Below, one piece after another: positions 16,825 to 25,551 of a stretch of DNA of 30,270 nt; position 1 is the first letter of the stretch; each line of letters begins with the position of its first letter. The notes under the pieces are model-generated. The model was not told the origin of the DNA and did no database searches. It worked only from the letters and a program-made list of their open reading frames with translations. The stretch is from a bacterium (GTDB lineage Bacteria > Sysuimicrobiota > Sysuimicrobiia > Sysuimicrobiales > Humicultoraceae), in contig JBGQGY010000032.1 in the NCBI GenBank assembly GCA_041497675.1, positions 1 to 30,270 on the forward strand. Direction: 5' to 3'. A program made the translations under genes and the position numbers.

Positions 16825-19063
16825 CCAGGACCTCTAGGGCGCGCGCCTTGCCGGTGCTGCCCACGTCAAGCACGGGGCCGACGCATGATGGACAGCCGGC
16901 ATCACAGGTACACGATGCGATCAGGTCCCGCGCCGCTTCAAGCACTTGGGAATGCATACGGTACAGCCGCTCGGCAAACCCTACGCCGCCGGGTGCCGCA
17001 TCATAGAGGGAGATCGTGGGCCGCCCCGTGTGCGGCGAGGCGATCTCGTAGGTGCGGCCAAGGTCGCGCGGGTCGCACATGAGATAGAGCGCCGCGACGT
17101 GCTCGAGCGCGTGTGAGAGGCCGATCAAGACACCCTGCACCTCATCGCGCGGGATCGGCAGATCGGGCAGCGTCATCCAATAGGCCGACGTGTGGAGCGT
17201 CGATTCGGGCAGGTGGATGGGTCCCCACCCGACGTTCTCGTGCCGCTCGAGCGTCAACTTCTTGAAGATCGTGGGCCGGTAGGTGACGACGACCTCACCG
17301 TGCGCGGGCGCGCCGGGCGCGCACGGCGTCCCCGGCGCGAACTCCTGTAATACGCGGATGTCGACGGCGATCTGCGCGGTCGTGTAGTAATTGACCTCGA
17401 CGCTGTGCACGTACGCCTTGCGCTCTTCCCACGCGAGCCGGTCGACGTGATACTGCTGGCCCAGGTGGATATAGATAGCATCCTCGTGCACGAGCCCGGG
17501 GGCGCTGGGCAGATCGACCTCACCAACAACCCGCGGCTCGGGATCGGTCGTGTCGATGATCACCACGTTCTCCGTCGAGGCGCTGCGTAGCGAGACCTCC
17601 TGCGCCGGGTACGCGTCGGCGACGTAGTGCCACTTGCCGTCCTCTTCGTGCACGATCCGCTGGGTCTGCAGATAGTCGAGGATCTCCGGCAGCGTGTTGG
17701 GTCCGAACCGCTCATCGCCGGTGATGGGCAGCTCGAACGACGCGCACCGCACGTGACTGGTCAGGACGTAGAGGTTGTCGGGATTCACCAGCCCGGCCTC
17801 GGGTGGCTGGCCGAAGAAGTACTCGGGGTGGCGGACGATGTACTGGTCGAGCGGGTCGCTGGTCGCGACCAGTAACGCGACCGACAGGTCTTGCGTGCGG
17901 CCCGCGCGTCCGGCCTGCTGCCAGGTCGAGGCGATCGTACCCGGATACCCGATCAGCAGCGCCACCTGCAGCCGTCCGATGTCGATGCCCAATTCAAGCG
18001 CGTTGGTCGAGGCCACCGCGAGGATGTCGCCTTCACGGAGCCCGCGCTCGATGTTGCGACGTTCCGAAGGCAGGTAGCCAGCGCGGTACCCGGCGATGCG
18101 GTCGGTCGGGATCCCATGGATCGCCGCGGTTTCCTTGAACGACGTCGTCATCAACTCGGCGGTGCGCCGGCTGCGCGCAAAGGCGATCAACGGCACGCGG
18201 TTGCGGATGAACTCTCCGGCGAGACGCTGCGCCTCGAGGATCGCGTCACGGCGGATGCCCAACTCGCGATTGATCACCGGAGGATTGTAGAACGCAAACA
18301 CTTTCGGACCCGACGGCGCGCCGTTGTTGTCGATCAACGTGACGCCTTCTTCCAAGAGCCGCTCGGCGAGTTCTTTGGGATTGCCGATCGTCGCCGAGGC
18401 GCAGATGATCTGTGGCGTGCTCCCGTAGAACCGGCAGATGCGTCGCAGACGGCGCAGCACGTTACCGACGTGGCTGCCGAAGAGACCGCGATACGTGTGC
18501 AGCTCGTCGATGACGACGTACCGCAGATTCTCGAACAGACGCAGCCACTTCGTATGATGCGGCAGAATGGCCGCGTGCAGCATGTCGGGGTTGGTGACGA
18601 CGATATGCCCGGCGGTGCGAATAGAGCGCCGCGCCGGCCCCGGCGTGTCGCCGTCGTACGTGTAGGCCTTGATATCAGCGTCGAGCGCGCGGATCAGCGT
18701 CTGCAGTTCGTCGACCTGGTCCATCGAAAGCGCTTTGGTCGGGAAGAGATACAGCGCGCGGGTCTCGGGCGCATCGAGCAGTGTGTTGAGCACGGGCAGG
18801 TTATAGCAAAGCGTCTTCCCCGACGCGGTCGGCGTGACCACGACCAGGTGCTTTCCCGCGTGTGCGACCTCAAAGGCCTCAGCCTGGTGGGTGTAGAGCG
18901 CGTCGATCCCGGCGTGGCGCAAGGCCGCTGTGAGCCGCGGGTTGACGGCCTCAGGGATCGGCGCGAATCTCGCCGGCCGGGCCGGTATCTCGCGCCACGA
19001 CGTCAGATGGCGCGCCGTGGCTGGCTGGCTGCGGAGAGACGATAGGATCTGCTCGAGGGTCAT
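16793..19063 (-). CDS. mrfA: MrfA/YprA (Hrq1/SftH-like) DEAH-box helicase with C-terminal DUF1998 zinc domain
   Basis: Motif I TPTASGKT, Ia LFPTKALSMDQ, Ib TNPDMLH, II DELH, III SAT, V TNALELGIDIG, VI QQAGRAGR. C-terminal 'MCD...CTCDAGCPSC'. Confidence 0.92.
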   Translation of the reverse strand: MTLEQILSSLRSQPATARHLTSWREIPARPARFAPIPEAVNPRLTAALRHAGIDALYTHQAEAFEVAHAGKHLVVVTPTASGKTLCYNLPVLNTLLDAPETRALYLFPTKALSMDQVDELQTLIRALDADIKAYTYDGDTPGPARRSIRTAGHIVVTNPDMLHAAILPHHTKWLRLFENLRYVVIDELHTYRGLFGSHVGNVLRRLRRICRFYGSTPQIICASATIGNPKELAERLLEEGVTLIDNNGAPSGPKVFAFYNPPVINRELGIRRDAILEAQRLAGEFIRNRVPLIAFARSRRTAELMTTSFKETAAIHGIPTDRIAGYRAGYLPSERRNIERGLREGDILAVASTNALELGIDIGRLQVALLIGYPGTIASTWQQAGRAGRTQDLSVALLVATSDPLDQYIVRHPEYFFGQPPEAGLVNPDNLYVLTSHVRCASFELPITGDERFGPNTLPEILDYLQTQRIVHEEDGKWHYVADAYPAQEVSLRSASTENVVIIDTTDPEPRVVGEVDLPSAPGLVHEDAIYIHLGQQYHVDRLAWEERKAYVHSVEVNYYTTAQIAVDIRVLQEFAPGTPCAPGAPAHGEVVVTYRPTIFKKLTLERHENVGWGPIHLPESTLHTSAYWMTLPDLPIPRDEVQGVLIGLSHALEHVAALYLMCDPRDLGRTYEIASPHTGRPTISLYDAAPGGVGFAERLYRMHSQVLEAARDLIASCTCDAGCPSCVGPVLDVGSTGKARALEVLDARLVPGAAR

Positions 19064-19081
19064 ACCCGCATCACCGACATA

Positions 19082-19095
19082 CGAACAATAGTTCG
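19082..19095. promoter_or_regulatory. LexA-binding SOS box (Gram-positive/Cheo type) upstream of mrfA
   Basis: CGAAC-AATA-GTTCG is a perfect CGAAC-N4-GTTCG palindrome, separated by 18 nt from the start codon of a DNA-repair operon. Confidence 0.85.
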
Positions 19096-19318
19096 CCGGT
19101 GTGGGTCAGCGGTTCCTGCCGCGGGAACCCCCACCCGGGACGCCAACAAGCCGTTGGGTGTTATCGTCATGGGAACCACCAGATACAGCTGTGGTCGTTT
19201 GATGGGGTCAGGCCGCGGAGCGCACGGGTTTGGCCACGGCAGGATTCCCCGTCAGCCTCCCGAAAACGGCGGCAGTCAACCACATGTGCCAACGCGGTGG
19301 CAACAGGAGGAGTAGAAG

Positions 19319-20302
19319 ATGAGAATCGCAGCCGTAGGACTCGGGGTTCTGCTCGTGCTCGTACTGGCCTTTGGTCCGTCTCAGGCCGCTCCCGGGGCTC
19401 CGGTTGAGATTCGTCTGGGTCACGGCTTCGCCGCCGAGGAGCAGCTGTGGCTGATGGCGGCCCGGCCCGATATCACGCCCGGTCAGGGCAAACTCTACAC
19501 GCTGAGCTTCATCGCGTTTCGGGCCAGCGACGATCGCATCCGCGCCTACGAGGCCCGCCAGATCGACGGCGGGACGATCCCCGGGCCGACAGCGCTCTTC
19601 GCGGCCGAACAGGGGCTGCCGTTCAAGCTCGTGGCCAGCGTCAGCAAAGAGGTACCGGGCGGCAACTGGCACAACACGACGTTTCTCGCGCTCGCCGACT
19701 CGGGCATCCGGTCGCCCCGCGACCTGCGCGGTAAGCGGATCGGGATCGTCGGCTTCAAGACGGCCACCGAGCTGTGGGCGCGCGCAGCGATCGACGCGGC
19801 GGGGCTGAGCGCCGAGCGCGACGTCAGTTTCGTCATCGTGCCGTTCCCGGCGATGGGCGAGGCGTTGCGGGCCCGGCGCATCGACGTCGGCGTGTTCCCC
19901 AACCCGTTCTTCCATCTTGAGGAAACACGGGGCGGGGTGGTCACCGTCTTCACGTCCAAAACCGGCGTCCCCTTTGAGGAAGAACTCCTGATGATCTTCT
20001 TGCATCCCGAATTCCTGACCAAGAACCACGATGCCGTGCGCGCGTTTCTGCGCGATTTTGTCACAGCCACGCGGTGGTATCTGGCGAACCCCCGCGAAGC
20101 GCGCCAGGCGCTGCTCGACAAGCGCTACGTGCAGATCCCACCCGCCGTGTACTTCGACATGCAGGATTACTATCGCGACCCCACCGCGCGCATCTCGACG
20201 GACTTCCTCCGCAAGATGCAGGAACTCCACGTCAAGCTGGGGTGGCAGCAGAAGCGCCTCGACGTGCGCAAACTCGTGGATCTCTCGTTGCTTCCTTATT
20301 AG
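19319..20302 (+). CDS. ABC transporter substrate-binding protein, NitT/TauT (SsuA/THI5-like) family
   Basis: Strong RBS aggaggag, signal peptide, 'SGIRSPRDLRGKRIGI', 'VPFPAMGEALRARRIDVG', 'AVRAFLRDF'. Confidence 0.9.
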   Translation: MRIAAVGLGVLLVLVLAFGPSQAAPGAPVEIRLGHGFAAEEQLWLMAARPDITPGQGKLYTLSFIAFRASDDRIRAYEARQIDGGTIPGPTALFAAEQGLPFKLVASVSKEVPGGNWHNTTFLALADSGIRSPRDLRGKRIGIVGFKTATELWARAAIDAAGLSAERDVSFVIVPFPAMGEALRARRIDVGVFPNPFFHLEETRGGVVTVFTSKTGVPFEEELLMIFLHPEFLTKNHDAVRAFLRDFVTATRWYLANPREARQALLDKRYVQIPPAVYFDMQDYYRDPTARISTDFLRKMQELHVKLGWQQKRLDVRKLVDLSLLPY

Positions 20303-20309
20303 GACCCGC

Positions 20310-21113
20310 GTGCCGCTCGTTGAGGTCGAGCACCTCTCCAAGGTCTTCGTTCGGGGCGAGCGGCGCGTCGCGGCATTGGATGATCTGCACTTGACGGTCG
20401 ACGAAGGCGAGTTTGTGACGGTGGTTGGACCCAGCGGGTGCGGCAAGAGCACGTTCTTGCACATCCTGGGTGGATTCATCCCGCCGACGGAAGGATCGAT
20501 GCGGATCGCCGGCCGCGACATCAGCGGGCCGGGGCCCGATCGCGGCGTCATGTTTCAAGAACTCGCCCTGTTCCCCTGGCGGACGGTCTTTGGGAACGTC
20601 ACCTGGGGGCTGGAAGTGCAGGGACGGCCCCCGGCCGAGCGGGCCTCGATCGCCGAGCGGTATCTCGACCTGGTCGGTCTGCTTGGGTTCAGAGACGCCT
20701 TTCCATTAGAACTCTCGGGTGGGATGAAGCAGCGCGTGGCGCTCGCGCGCGTGCTGGCATTTGACCCAACGGTGCTGTTGATGGACGAGCCCTTTGGGGC
20801 GCTGGACGCGCAGACTCGTGAGTTGATGCAGGAGGAGTTGCAGCGCATCTGGCTCCAGACCGGCAAGACCGTCCTGTTCGTGACGCACGACGTCGAGGAA
20901 GCCGTCTATCTGGGCGATCGCGTCGTCGTGTTTTCGGCCCGGCCGGGACGCATCAAGGCCGAGGTGCCCGTGCGGTTTCCGAGACCACGGAGCCTGGAGG
21001 TCAAGAAGAGCCAGGCGTTTCTCGAGTCGCGGAACCAGGTGTGGGATCTGCTGAGGGAGGAAGTGCTGAAGCTTCGCGAAGACGCGGCGACGCGCGAGGG
21101 CGCACGTGAATAA
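20310..21113 (+). CDS. ABC transporter ATP-binding protein, NitT/TauT family
   Basis: GTG at 20310; GPSGCGKST, 'GPGPDRGVMFQELALFPW', LSGGMKQR, 'LLMDEPFGALDAQTR', 'VTHDVEEA', 'RPGRIK'. Confidence 0.95.
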   Translation: MPLVEVEHLSKVFVRGERRVAALDDLHLTVDEGEFVTVVGPSGCGKSTFLHILGGFIPPTEGSMRIAGRDISGPGPDRGVMFQELALFPWRTVFGNVTWGLEVQGRPPAERASIAERYLDLVGLLGFRDAFPLELSGGMKQRVALARVLAFDPTVLLMDEPFGALDAQTRELMQEELQRIWLQTGKTVLFVTHDVEEAVYLGDRVVVFSARPGRIKAEVPVRFPRPRSLEVKKSQAFLESRNQVWDLLREEVLKLREDAATREGARE

Positions 21114-21870
21114 GGAAGGCGCGGTGTTCGTGGCAATCCTGGCGCTGCTCTGGCAGGGGCTGGCGTCCGCCGGCATGCTGCCGGGCTACCTGGTGAGCCC
21201 CACCATTATCCTGGGTGAGTTCGTGTCGCTGGCGCGGTCAGGGGAACTGCTCCGGCACAGCGCCGTCAGCCTGTATCGGTCGCTTACCGGGCTCGCACTC
21301 GGCGCCGGGCTCGGCGTGGCGATTGGATTGCTCGCCGGCATCTCCCGGCGGGTGGCCGGTTTCTCCGAACCCCTGGTCTCGCTCACATACCCGGTGCCCA
21401 AGGTCGCCTTTCTGCCGGTGCTGTTGGTGTGGTTTGGGATCTCCGATATGTCGAAGATCCTGCTGATCGCGTTGTCGTGCTTTTACCCCTGCTACATCGC
21501 AGCATTGTACGGCGTCCGCGCGGTCGATCCCGTGTGGGTCTGGGCGGCGCGCAACATGGGCGCGCGGCCGCGCCGCGTGTTCTTCAGGGTGATCGTGCCG
21601 GGGGCGGCTGTGCACATTTTCGGGGGACTGCGGGTGTCGCTCGCGCTGGCGTTCATCCTCATGCTGGCCTCCGAGTTGATCGGCTCGTCGAACCGTCTGG
21701 GGCTGGGTTTCCTGTTGTTGAACGCGGACGCCGGCGGGCGCTTCGACATCATGTTTGCGGCGATTCTGGCCATTGCCACATTGGGGTTCGCCGCCGACCG
21801 TGCGCTGCTGTTCATCCGCAGATTGCTGCTCGCCGGTTACGCGGTCAGCGAGGATACCGTCCATGCCTAG
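21106..21870 (+). CDS. ABC transporter permease, NitT/TauT family
   Basis: Hydrophobic; 'YPVPKVAFLPVLLVWFG', EAA-like 'WAARNMGA', 'GGLRVSL', 'ASELIGS'. Confidence 0.92.
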   Translation: MNKEGAVFVAILALLWQGLASAGMLPGYLVSPTIILGEFVSLARSGELLRHSAVSLYRSLTGLALGAGLGVAIGLLAGISRRVAGFSEPLVSLTYPVPKVAFLPVLLVWFGISDMSKILLIALSCFYPCYIAALYGVRAVDPVWVWAARNMGARPRRVFFRVIVPGAAVHIFGGLRVSLALAFILMLASELIGSSNRLGLGFLLLNADAGGRFDIMFAAILAIATLGFAADRALLFIRRLLLAGYAVSEDTVHA

Positions 21871-22651
21871 GGTCGCGCGCGCCGTATGGACGGGGCTCGC
21901 GCCTGTGTATCCGGTTGTGGTAGCACTCCTGGCGTGGGAGGCGTTTGCCCGGTTTGGCGCGGCGAACCCGCGGCTGTTCCCGGGGCTGGGCGCCATCGCG
22001 GAGCAGGCGATCGTCCTCCTGCGGGGTCACCAACTCGGCCCGCACCTGGGCGCCTCGATGACGCGCGTGGCGCTGGGATTCGGTCTGGCCGTGGTGACCG
22101 GCGTGCCGCTTGGCATGCTGATGAGCCGGTCGGCGCGTTTTGGCCGCACGGTCGAGCCGCTGTTCTCGCTGGGATACCCGGTGCCGCGCATCGCCCTCTA
22201 TCCGATTGCGGTGTTCATCTTCGGCATCGGGCACACCTCGAAGGTCATCCTGGTCGCGCTCGAGTGTCTGTACCCGATTGCGATCCAGACGTACTACGGC
22301 GTGCGCAGCGTCAACCGCTTATACATCTGGTCGGCGCAAAACATGGGTGCCGGCCCCTCACAGGTCTTTTGGAAGGTGATCGCCCCGGCCGCCGCCCCGC
22401 ACGTCTTCTCGGGGTTTCGGATCGCCCTGCCGATCGCGTTCATCGTGACCGTGCTCACCGAGATGGTGAGCTCGACGGAGGGGCTGGGGTGGCTGATCCT
22501 GTACGCGTCGGCCTCGCTCGTGCAGGCGCGCGTGTTTGCCAGCGTCGCCATCGTGGCCGTCATCGGCTTCATCGTGGACCGGCTGCTGGCGGTACTGCGC
22601 AATCATCTGATCTTCTGGGAACGCGAATCAGTGTTGGTGGCGATGCGGTGA
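21863..22651 (+). CDS. ABC transporter permease, NitT/TauT family (second subunit)
   Basis: ATG at 21863 overlaps the previous stop. 'YPVPRIALYP', 'WSAQNMGA', 'SGFRIAL', 'TEMVSSTEGLG'. Confidence 0.92.
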   Translation: MPRVARAVWTGLAPVYPVVVALLAWEAFARFGAANPRLFPGLGAIAEQAIVLLRGHQLGPHLGASMTRVALGFGLAVVTGVPLGMLMSRSARFGRTVEPLFSLGYPVPRIALYPIAVFIFGIGHTSKVILVALECLYPIAIQTYYGVRSVNRLYIWSAQNMGAGPSQVFWKVIAPAAAPHVFSGFRIALPIAFIVTVLTEMVSSTEGLGWLILYASASLVQARVFASVAIVAVIGFIVDRLLAVLRNHLIFWERESVLVAMR

Positions 22652-22664
22652 AGGAGGCAAACCT

Positions 22665-23681
22665 GTGAGTCTTCCCTACCGTCGCGCGGAGGCCAAAACG
22701 TGGGCCCGCGCCACGATGCGTGGCGTCTGTAACGTGATCATGCCCACGTTCACGTCAGACCTGCGGCGTCTGAATCCCGACGCCATCCGGCACGACGTCC
22801 GCCGCGCGGCCTCGATGGGGTTTTGGGGGTCGCTCGTGGCGTCGGAGTGCGGTGCGACGGCCGAGGAGATGAAACAGTTTATCGAGATCGTCGCGGCCGA
22901 GCGGCCCGCCAACCACCACCTCGTGCTTCATGGGGCCTTCGACACGCTCGATGACGTCATCGCGATGAGCCGCTTCGCCGAAACGCATGGATGCGACGCG
23001 GTCCTGCTGTCGTACCCATTAACGTTCTATCCGAAGACGTCCGACGAGATCGTCGAATATACCGCGGCGATCAGCCGAGCGACCGATCTCGGCATTATTC
23101 TGTTTGCGATTGGTTTTTGGGGATTCCGTCGACTGCACGTCTCGGCGTTTCCACCCGACGCCCTGGTGAAGATGGCGAAGCTCGATACGGTGATGGCGCT
23201 CAAGTACGAGTGCGGGCAGCCGGGCACCGGGGGCATGGTCGAAGTGCAGAAAAAACTCGGGCGGGACCTGGTCATCACCGACCCGTTCGAGCAGAATTCG
23301 CCGGCGTGGGTCGACGCGTACGGCATGCAGTGGATGGGGACGTCGTACTACAACTATTTCGGCGATCGGGTGCCGAGGTATTTTCGTTTGATGCACGAGG
23401 GCCGGTGGGACGAGGCGATGCAGATCTACTGGGCCGTCCACCCGTGCCGGGAGGCCTACGCGGCCATGCGGCAGACCCTGGGCGGCGCGGCGCTGGTGCA
23501 CCGGCTGGCGTGGAAGTACATGGACTGGCTCAACGGGTTCAACGGCGGGCCGATCCGGATGCCGCACATGCGGCTCAACGGCGGCCAGATGCGTCTACTG
23601 CGTGACGGCGCGGTCCAGTCCGGGCTCGACGTGACCCCGGATGCCGACGCTGAGTTCTTTACCGGCCGGCACCCGGCGTAG
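22665..23681 (+). CDS. Dihydrodipicolinate synthase/N-acetylneuraminate lyase family protein (divergent; possible aldolase or hydratase-aldolase)
   Basis: RBS aggagg. 'GVCNVIMPTFTSD..RLNPDAIRHDV', 'FAETHGCDAVLLSYPLTFYP', Schiff-base Lys in 'VMALKYE', 'GGPIRMP'. Confidence 0.85.
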   Translation: MSLPYRRAEAKTWARATMRGVCNVIMPTFTSDLRRLNPDAIRHDVRRAASMGFWGSLVASECGATAEEMKQFIEIVAAERPANHHLVLHGAFDTLDDVIAMSRFAETHGCDAVLLSYPLTFYPKTSDEIVEYTAAISRATDLGIILFAIGFWGFRRLHVSAFPPDALVKMAKLDTVMALKYECGQPGTGGMVEVQKKLGRDLVITDPFEQNSPAWVDAYGMQWMGTSYYNYFGDRVPRYFRLMHEGRWDEAMQIYWAVHPCREAYAAMRQTLGGAALVHRLAWKYMDWLNGFNGGPIRMPHMRLNGGQMRLLRDGAVQSGLDVTPDADAEFFTGRHPA

Positions 23682-23700
23682 CGTGGCGCGCGGTCCCGCG

Positions 23701-24681
23701 ATGCTGGTCTTGTCGGCGGACGACGTTCGGTCGGCGCTCGACCACCGGGCGGCCGTCGACGTCATCGAGCGGGTCCTGCTCGATGACGCTGCAGGTCACA
23801 CCCGGGTGCCGGGCCGCGTGACGTTTGACGTGGACCATGGGTGGTTTCGCGTCATGCCCGGCGCGCTGCTCGGTGACGGGGGGCGCGGGGTCATGGGCGT
23901 CAAGGTGATGGCCCTGGCGCGCGGGGCAGGGCTCTCGTATCTCTTGCTGCTCTACGACGAGCGCACCGGCGATCTGCTGGCGATGATGGATGCCTCGGTG
24001 CTGACGCAGGTGCGCACCGGCGCCGTCAGCGCCGCGTTCCTGCGGCGCGTCTGTCCCGGCGGCGTCCCCATGCTGGGCTTGATCGGGTCGGGGTTCGAGG
24101 CGCGCGGGCAGTTGGAGACGATCGCGCGCACCATCGACGTGCGGCACGTGTGTGTGTTCAGCCCCAACGCAGAAAGGCGTTCGGCCTTCGCGGCCGAAAT
24201 GACGAAGGGGCTCGGCATTCGCGTCGACGCGGCGGACACCGCCAGGGCCGCGGCGGCGGCGCCGCTGGTCGTGCTCGCCACCCGCGCGACGGCGCCGGTC
24301 GTCGACGGCGCGTGGTTTTCCGAGGGCGCGGTCATCGTGTCGATCGGGTCGACCCGGCCCGAGCTGCGTGAGATCGACGACCGCACGATCGCGCGCGCGG
24401 GGCGCGTCATCGTCGACCACCGCGGTCAGGCGATGGCCGAATCGGGCGACATCCAGGCTGGGCTGGCCGCCCGCGTGATTCAGGAGGACGACATCGTGGA
24501 ACTGCCGGCATTGCTGCGTGGAGGGAGCGCGCTGCGTCCTGCATCGCCCCGATTGGTGCTCTTCAAGCCGTCGGGCACCGCGGCCCAAGACCTGGCCGTC
24601 GCGCGGATGGTGTATGATCGCTGCCTGGCCGCGGGCACGGGGCAGCGGCTCGATGGATTCCTGACGCGGAAGCCGCGATGA
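23701..24681 (+). CDS. Ornithine cyclodeaminase / mu-crystallin family protein (possible imine reductase)
   Basis: 'MLVLSADDV', 'FRVMPG', 'GVKV', 'LTQVRTGAVSA', Rossmann 'GLIGSGFEA', 'ELREID', 'FKPSGTAAQDLAVA'. An alternative GTG start lies at 23683. Confidence 0.9.
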   Translation: MLVLSADDVRSALDHRAAVDVIERVLLDDAAGHTRVPGRVTFDVDHGWFRVMPGALLGDGGRGVMGVKVMALARGAGLSYLLLLYDERTGDLLAMMDASVLTQVRTGAVSAAFLRRVCPGGVPMLGLIGSGFEARGQLETIARTIDVRHVCVFSPNAERRSAFAAEMTKGLGIRVDAADTARAAAAAPLVVLATRATAPVVDGAWFSEGAVIVSIGSTRPELREIDDRTIARAGRVIVDHRGQAMAESGDIQAGLAARVIQEDDIVELPALLRGGSALRPASPRLVLFKPSGTAAQDLAVARMVYDRCLAAGTGQRLDGFLTRKPR

Positions 24682-25547
24682 TCGTACGCCCGCCCCGCCG
24701 CATCCGCCGGCCGGGTCATCTGGCGATGGCGGTCCCCGACGTCGGCCGGGCCGCCGACTTCTACACGCGTGTGGTCGGGCTTGCCGAGGTCGAACGCGCC
24801 GGCGGCATCGTGTATCTGCGCTCGCAGTTCGAGCATCATTGTTTGGAACTGCATCCGCTGTTTGACCCTGCGGCGCCGCGCGCCGCGCCGCTGCATCTTG
24901 GCTGGGAGACCGACAGCGATGAAGACACCGAAGCCCTGCGTACGGTCCTGACGCGCTCGGGCATCCCGCTGCGATCGGCGCCTGCAGAGCCCGGCCGTCT
25001 TGGGGTCGCATTCCAGTTTCAAGATGTGCTCGGGATGTGGAACGAAGTGTATCGGACGATGCAGCGTCTGGCCGTCATCGTGCCGGGGGCCGCCGCCCCG
25101 CTCCTGCGCCAGGCCCACTTCACGCGGATGAGCCCGGACCCCGATGCGGATCTGGCGTTCTTCCGCGCGATCGGATTCCGCGTGTCCGACTGGGTGCCCG
25201 GGGTGCAGTCGTTCCTCCGGTGCGCCGGTGAGCACCACAACGTGGGGTTCCTGAAGTTCGATCAGCCGGTGCTGCACCACCACGCCTATGACGTCGGGTC
25301 GTGGGACGCCATCAAGACCGTGCTCGACCGGGTCGCGCTGCAGGGGTGGAAGGTGGAGGCGGGGCCGGTGCGGCACGCCGCCGGCAACAACATCGCCGTG
25401 TACGTCCGAGACCCCGATGCCGTGCGCGTGGAATTTTTCTGCGAGATGGAAGCTTTTGAAGACGATGAGGATCACGACACCCGCCGGCAGCCTGTCGTGT
25501 TCGACCTGTGGCACCAGAGCCCACCCCCGCAGGGATTCCGAGACTGA
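24678..25547 (+). CDS. VOC family type I extradiol ring-cleavage dioxygenase (catechol 2,3-dioxygenase-like)
   Basis: Two VOC domains. Candidate Fe(II) triad: His in 'RQAHF', His in 'LHHHAY', Glu in 'RVEFF'. Also 'EHHNV' and 'GPVRHAAGNNIAVYVRDPD'. Confidence 0.82.
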   Translation: MIVRPPRRIRRPGHLAMAVPDVGRAADFYTRVVGLAEVERAGGIVYLRSQFEHHCLELHPLFDPAAPRAAPLHLGWETDSDEDTEALRTVLTRSGIPLRSAPAEPGRLGVAFQFQDVLGMWNEVYRTMQRLAVIVPGAAAPLLRQAHFTRMSPDPDADLAFFRAIGFRVSDWVPGVQSFLRCAGEHHNVGFLKFDQPVLHHHAYDVGSWDAIKTVLDRVALQGWKVEAGPVRHAAGNNIAVYVRDPDAVRVEFFCEMEAFEDDEDHDTRRQPVVFDLWHQSPPPQGFRD

Positions 25548-25551
25548 ACGT

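Noticed and set aside
16793..19063. DUF1998 helicase as part of a DISARM or Druantia defence system
   Set aside because: The helicase and DUF1998 are one MrfA-sized polypeptide next to a YprB-type nuclease with an SOS box. No methyltransferase, SNF2 or PLD partners are present.
19275..19292. Sigma-54-like TGGCAC on the minus strand
   Set aside because: The -12 element is not TTGC at the required spacing.
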